From: an uncultured Alphaproteobacteria bacterium
Lineage (GTDB): Bacteria > Pseudomonadota > Alphaproteobacteria > RF32 > CAG-239
Direction of reading: 5' to 3'
Assembly (NCBI GenBank): GCA_944391495.1
Contig: CALXTU010000001.1
Coordinates: forward strand, 59,981-123,980
Length of the DNA: 64,000 bases
The translations under genes were made by a program, and so were the position numbers. Position 1 is the first letter of the stretch. The number at the start of each line of letters is the position of its first letter. This document shows positions 57,092 through 64,000 of this stretch, one piece after another. The notes under the pieces are model-generated. The model searched no databases. It saw nothing but the letters and a program-made list of their open reading frames with translations, and had not been told where the DNA came from.

Positions 57092-58167
57092 TAAAAATTA
57101 ACTCCCAATCCGGTTACCAGTGCATAACCGTGTTTGCTTTCATCGGCGGCGTCATAATCGACATAAGCCGCCGCAGCATAAACATCTATGTATTTATTAA
57201 ACTGATATTGATTGGAAAAGGCAACCATTTTGTTGCGGTTGTCCGAATGTTTTGCCTTACTGTCAAAATAAGTCAGCGCCGAAGCAAACGGGCCTATCTC
57301 GTAGCCGATGCCGATGTTCCAGGCATAACCTTCGCGGTAGCCGTCAAAATCAAGCGGCAGTTTTCTGTCCGGCGTTGATTTGTCTTCGCCGTCAATATAT
57401 GTTTTGCGGAAACCACCGCCGATGTTCCAGTTGCCGCGGCTTATATTGAGGGCGGCGGAATATTCTTTGTCATTGCTGTGATACTGGGCATAGCCGATTG
57501 AGGCCTTGCTGAAAAACCAGCCCCAGTCATGGTCAAAATAGGCGGCACCGACGAATCCGTCATCATGGGCATAGCCGGCGTGTTTATTAATCAGCCCCCG
57601 GCGGTTATAACTGTCCGGCATATAGGAAAAGCCGACGGCCGCCCCGTAAAATTCAGGTGAAATATAGCTTATTTTCGGGGTAACGCCGTCGGTATTCAAA
57701 TCCGTGGCCGTCAGTGTGGCAAATTTGGTTTCTTTTGAATTGCGCTTCCAGTTCGGATTGGCAATAAAATCAACGATATCGGTATTGGCGGCAAAAGCAC
57801 CGACGGACGGCGCGCCGTTGTGAAACAGAGAGGCAACGTTATAAACCTGCCCGACCATCACCTGTCCGTAATCTGAATCAACCACGCCGTAAACTTCTTC
57901 GCCCCAGCGGCCCTGATTATAGTCCTGCAGTTCGCGGTCTATACCGCCGTTTAACAACGCATACAAACCGGCCGACACCCCGTTGTCAAAATCATATCCG
58001 ATCATTGACGACAACCAGCCGCGGCCGATGCCGTGATGATGATCCTTAACATCGCTGTAACCGTAAAGTGCGCGCGCGTGCCCCTCAATCTCATAATTCC
58101 ATTCGCCGGCTCGGGCCGGACAAGCCGCCAGTACCACCAACGCCAAAAAACATAATTTGAACTTCAT
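57091..58167 (-). CDS. Outer-membrane beta-barrel protein (porin-like)
   Basis: Signal peptide MKFKLCFLALVVLAACPARA. Alternating amphipathic beta-strands rich in Y/G/N/D. C-terminal ...LVTGLGVNF with terminal Phe. Confidence 0.7.
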   Translation of the reverse strand: MKFKLCFLALVVLAACPARAGEWNYEIEGHARALYGYSDVKDHHHGIGRGWLSSMIGYDFDNGVSAGLYALLNGGIDRELQDYNQGRWGEEVYGVVDSDYGQVMVGQVYNVASLFHNGAPSVGAFAANTDIVDFIANPNWKRNSKETKFATLTATDLNTDGVTPKISYISPEFYGAAVGFSYMPDSYNRRGLINKHAGYAHDDGFVGAAYFDHDWGWFFSKASIGYAQYHSNDKEYSAALNISRGNWNIGGGFRKTYIDGEDKSTPDRKLPLDFDGYREGYAWNIGIGYEIGPFASALTYFDSKAKHSDNRNKMVAFSNQYQFNKYIDVYAAAAYVDYDAADESKHGYALVTGLGVNF

Positions 58168-58325
58168 TGTCTGTTCTTTTCCCCCAAAAAAATATGCTTC
58201 AGTTTAAGCTAAGATTAGCGTTAGTCAATATATTTGTCGGTTATGATTTTTTCAACAAATCGGCTTGGCAAACGGCAAAAGGCCTTTTATAATGGCTTAA
58301 AAACCAACTTCAAACGGAGCGGAAC

Positions 58326-58865
58326 ATGAGCGGTAAATTTAAATCCGGATTGGCGGTTATGCGGGCACAACCGCCGCATATCGGCCATATCAAACTTATC
58401 CGGCGGATGCTGGAAGAATGCGACAAAGCCGTTATCATGCTCGGCTCGGTACAGGAACAGGGAACGGACCGTAACCCTTATACTTATATTGCCCGCAAAC
58501 AAATGCTGCAAAAGATTTTTGCCGGCACACCCGAGGCGGAAAGAATTGTCATTTTGGGAATGTTTGACATTAACAACCCGACGCAATGGGCCGATTTTGT
58601 TCTGGATTTTCTGCATGAAGCTCTGCCGGAACTGCCGCGGCCGGAGGTTTATTATGCCGGCAGCGAATATGATGCACAGTGGTTTCGCGGTGTTTTTGAC
58701 AACATCAGAATTGAAAACCGGGTAGATTACAATTTTCCGTATGTTTCCGGATCAATGGTGCGCGATATGATTAAAATCGGCGATAAACGCTGGAAAAATT
58801 TTGTGCCGGAAGCCATTCATGATATGATTGAACAGCCGGCAACCTTAAAGAAAGGAATTATCTGA
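58326..58865 (+). CDS. Nicotinamide-nucleotide adenylyltransferase, NadM (archaeal-type) family
   Basis: GLAVMRAQPPHIGH (the RFQPFHxGH nucleotidyltransferase motif) and VQEQGTDRNPYTYIARKQM region, closely paralleling NadM sequences. Confidence 0.65.
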   Translation: MSGKFKSGLAVMRAQPPHIGHIKLIRRMLEECDKAVIMLGSVQEQGTDRNPYTYIARKQMLQKIFAGTPEAERIVILGMFDINNPTQWADFVLDFLHEALPELPRPEVYYAGSEYDAQWFRGVFDNIRIENRVDYNFPYVSGSMVRDMIKIGDKRWKNFVPEAIHDMIEQPATLKKGII

Positions 58866-59644
58866 TGCAGAAAATCTGGAACAATCTGGTTGACGGAATC
58901 CGCCGGTTTTGCCGGGAAAATAATTTCACTGACGCGGCCCTCGGACTTTCCGGCGGGCTTGATTCCGCCGTTACGGCGGTTGCCGCGGCCGAGGCTCTGG
59001 GCGGGGATCATATACATGCCCTGATGATGAAAACCCGCTACACCTCTGATCTGAGCCTGGATATTGCCGCCGAAATTGCCAAGCTGAACAGACTTGATTA
59101 TAAAACGGCCGATATCCAACCGGTGATTGACGCCCAGCAAAAATTCCTAAACGAACTTTTTGGCGAACGGCCGAAAAACATTGTTCTGGAAAACCTGCAG
59201 GCACGCGAACGCGGCAAAATTCTGATGGCTCTTTCCAATCAGTATAATTACCTGATTTTAGCCTGCGGCAATAAATCCGAACTGGCTATGGGGTATTGCA
59301 CGCTGTACGGCGATACCTGCGGCAGTCTGGCACCGATTGCCGGACTTTATAAATCGGAGATTTTTGAACTGGCCAAATGGCGCAACACTTTAGGAAGAGT
59401 TTTGCCGGAAAAGGTTATCAGCCGGGCGCCGAGTGCTGAGCTGGCAGCCGGGCAAAAAGACGAAGACAGTCTGCCGCCCTATGCGCTGCTGGATAAAATC
59501 CTGCGGCGGTATATCGACGAGCACCAGACGGCGGCGCAAATTATTGCCGAAGGGTTTGATGCGGTGACAGTCGAAACAGTTATCAAACGTTATCACGCGC
59601 AGGCTTTCAAACGGCTGCAGGTGCCGCCGGCATTAAAGCTTTAG
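58865..59644 (+). CDS. nadE: NH3-dependent NAD+ synthetase
   Basis: PP-loop LGLSGGLDSAV and typical NadE C-terminal region. ATGA overlap with the NadM stop. Confidence 0.85.
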   Translation: MQKIWNNLVDGIRRFCRENNFTDAALGLSGGLDSAVTAVAAAEALGGDHIHALMMKTRYTSDLSLDIAAEIAKLNRLDYKTADIQPVIDAQQKFLNELFGERPKNIVLENLQARERGKILMALSNQYNYLILACGNKSELAMGYCTLYGDTCGSLAPIAGLYKSEIFELAKWRNTLGRVLPEKVISRAPSAELAAGQKDEDSLPPYALLDKILRRYIDEHQTAAQIIAEGFDAVTVETVIKRYHAQAFKRLQVPPALKL

Positions 59645-59650
59645 AGATGC

Positions 59651-59684
59651 AAAAATCCCGGGCTTCAAAACCCGGGATTTTTTG
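59651..59684. terminator. Bidirectional intrinsic terminator between convergent nadE and gyrB
   Basis: atcccggg-cttcaaaa-cccgggat flanked by A5 and T6. Confidence 0.8.
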
Positions 59685-59688
59685 CGGA

Positions 59689-62247
<2,559 letters not shown>

Positions 62248-64000
62248 TTAATGAGCTTCGGTCCAGGTTTGGCCGACACCGGCTTCGGCTTTGAACGGCA
62301 CGGAAGAATCGACGATGTTTTCCATATAATAGGTCATAATTTCAACGACTTGGTCAACTTCATCGTCGGGAGCCTCAACCACAAGCTCGTCATGCACCTG
62401 TAAAAGCATTTCGGCCCGCAGCTTCTTTTCGGCCAGAACTTTTTCGATTTTATTCATCGCCAGTTTGATGATATCGGCAGCGCCGCCCTGAATCGGCGCA
62501 TTAATCGCCGCGCGCTCGGCGTTGGCGACAAACCGCTTATTGCTGTCGTTGATGCCTAAAACCGAGCACCGGCGACCGAAAGGCGTTTCAACATAGCCGT
62601 GTGCGTGGGCAAAGGCTATCGTCTTATCCATATAGGCGCGGATTTCCGGCATCTGGGCAAAATAGGCATCAATATAAGCTTTGGCTTCCGCGGTTGATAC
62701 ACCGATGCTTTTGGCCAGACCGAAAGCCGAAATGCCGTAAACAATGCCGAAATTAATTGCTTTGGCATGACGGCGCAGACCGGCGTCAACATTTTCCGGC
62801 GGCACGCCGAAAACATGAGAGGCGGTGGCGGTGTGAATATCAATGCCTTTGGCAAAAGCCTCCTTGAGCTTTTTAACATCGGCCACCTCGGCCAGCAGCC
62901 GCAATTCAACCTGTGAATAGTCGCAGGATATCAGTTTGCAGCCCGGTTTGGCAATAAAGCAGGAGCGGATTTTGCGGCCGTCTTCGCTGCGGACGGGAAT
63001 ATTTTGCAAATTCGGGTTGTTAGATGCCAGACGTCCGGTGTTGGCCACCGTCTGGGCATAGGTTGTATGCACGCGGCCTTCTTTATCCAACAATGCAAAC
63101 AGGGAATCGGTATAGGTTGACTTCAATTTACTGACTTCGCGCCAGTCCAGAATCCTCGCGGCAAGCTTCTCGCCTTCTTCGGCCAGAGCCTCCAAAACAT
63201 CGGCTCCGGTGGCCCAGGCGCCGGTCGGCGTTTTTTTGCCTTTCAAGCCTTTTTTGGTGAACAAAATTTCGCCGATCTGTTTGGGTGAACCGACATTAAA
63301 TTCTTCGCCGGCAAGCGCAAAAATCGCACTTTCAAGCTCTTTGATCCGGGCATCAAAATAGGCGCTTAAATTCTTAAGCTCACGCGCATTTACTTTTATG
63401 CCGCGGTTTTCCATGCTATAAAGCGTCTGCACCAGCGGACGGTCAAAGTTCTCGTAAATACTGAGCCGCTTTTCCGCCGCCAGACGTTCTTTGAGGACGT
63501 CATAGAGCCTCAGCCCGTAGTCGGCACGGCCGGCAAGATAGTTGGCGGCAACACTGCCGTCCAGAGCCGCAAAAGATATTTTGTTTTTGCCGGAGCCTAG
63601 CAGATTTTCAAGTGCCGGCAATTGTTCATCCAAAAACAGCGCCGCCAGCGTGTTCAGCTCGTGTCCGTGCTCGGAACTGTCCAGACAATAAGAAATAACC
63701 GCAACATCATCATAAGGCGCAAAAGATGTTTCACCGAAACGACGAGTTATAAAATGCATGGCATATTTCAAATCATGGCCGATTTTGAGAATCGATTTAT
63801 CGGCCAGCAGCGGATAAACATATCTGACAAAGGCCTCGTCGGAAACATTCTCGGTCGACGGTGCGGCCGTAAACAAATCCATATTTTCCGACCGGCCGGC
63901 ATTAGAAAGCGGGATATAGTAGGCCTCACCCGGTGCCGGCGAAAATGCAATGGCAACCAGGCGGTCAAACACCGGATTAACACCATCGGATACCACCGCC
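62248..64000 (-). CDS. polA: DNA polymerase I, C-terminal part (3'-5' exonuclease-like region plus polymerase domain); gene continues beyond the window end
   Basis: Polymerase motifs RRHAKAINFGIVYGIS (motif B region) and LLQVHDELVVE (motif C). C-terminal ...WTEAH. Confidence 0.9.
   Translation of the reverse strand, partial: AVVSDGVNPVFDRLVAIAFSPAPGEAYYIPLSNAGRSENMDLFTAAPSTENVSDEAFVRYVYPLLADKSILKIGHDLKYAMHFITRRFGETSFAPYDDVAVISYCLDSSEHGHELNTLAALFLDEQLPALENLLGSGKNKISFAALDGSVAANYLAGRADYGLRLYDVLKERLAAEKRLSIYENFDRPLVQTLYSMENRGIKVNARELKNLSAYFDARIKELESAIFALAGEEFNVGSPKQIGEILFTKKGLKGKKTPTGAWATGADVLEALAEEGEKLAARILDWREVSKLKSTYTDSLFALLDKEGRVHTTYAQTVANTGRLASNNPNLQNIPVRSEDGRKIRSCFIAKPGCKLISCDYSQVELRLLAEVADVKKLKEAFAKGIDIHTATASHVFGVPPENVDAGLRRHAKAINFGIVYGISAFGLAKSIGVSTAEAKAYIDAYFAQMPEIRAYMDKTIAFAHAHGYVETPFGRRCSVLGINDSNKRFVANAERAAINAPIQGGAADIIKLAMNKIEKVLAEKKLRAEMLLQVHDELVVEAPDDEVDQVVEIMTYYMENIVDSSVPFKAEAGVGQTWTEAH

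Overview
The window reads as a 64-kb chromosomal segment of a Gram-negative bacterium, probably an alphaproteobacterium. Gene order supports this: rpmH-rnpA-yidD-yidC-engB, cmk-rpsA with ihfB nearby, accD and accA, gyrB, and a polA fragment. Accessory and apparently foreign material is interleaved with the housekeeping backbone. (1) The first 7.75 kb is a compact seven-gene type IVb-pilus / T2SS-like machine: a secretin C-terminus, a GspL/BfpC-like bitopic protein, a PilP-like protein with an unusually long coiled-coil, a GspE/PilB ATPase with a tetracysteine motif, a GspF/PilC platform, a GspM/PilO-like bitopic protein, and a prepilin with a short leader and Glu at +5. (2) A dispersed palindromic repeat family (gtcatgttgagcg...agattcttcggg-hairpin-ccctcagaatgac) occurs at five intergenic loci. 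(3) A very AT-rich GIY-YIG gene is bracketed by 43-bp direct repeats. (4) The tRNA-Val(GAC) locus carries a tandem duplication of the tRNA 5' half plus promoter, and a 59-bp terminator-bearing direct repeat. (5) A 1313-aa AT-rich ORF with an in-frame (ccagga)7 microsatellite and a central hydrophobic block sits between dnaK and dnaJ, splitting that operon; it is an effector-like candidate. (6) Other items are an acidic Ser/Thr-rich 304-aa protein next to tRNA-Arg, a CbpA-like J-protein, a phosphorelay fragment (NarL-type regulator plus Hpt) co-operonic with rsmE, a truncated YejAB-type ABC transporter, a K/E low-complexity membrane/TPR protein, a stand-alone Lon-like AAA protease next to an atypical OmpR-type regulator and a porin, NadM-type NMNAT with NadE, and many clean bidirectional terminators. 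rpmH (44 aa) was missed by the ORF track. No rRNA, CRISPR array, integrase or transposase is evident.
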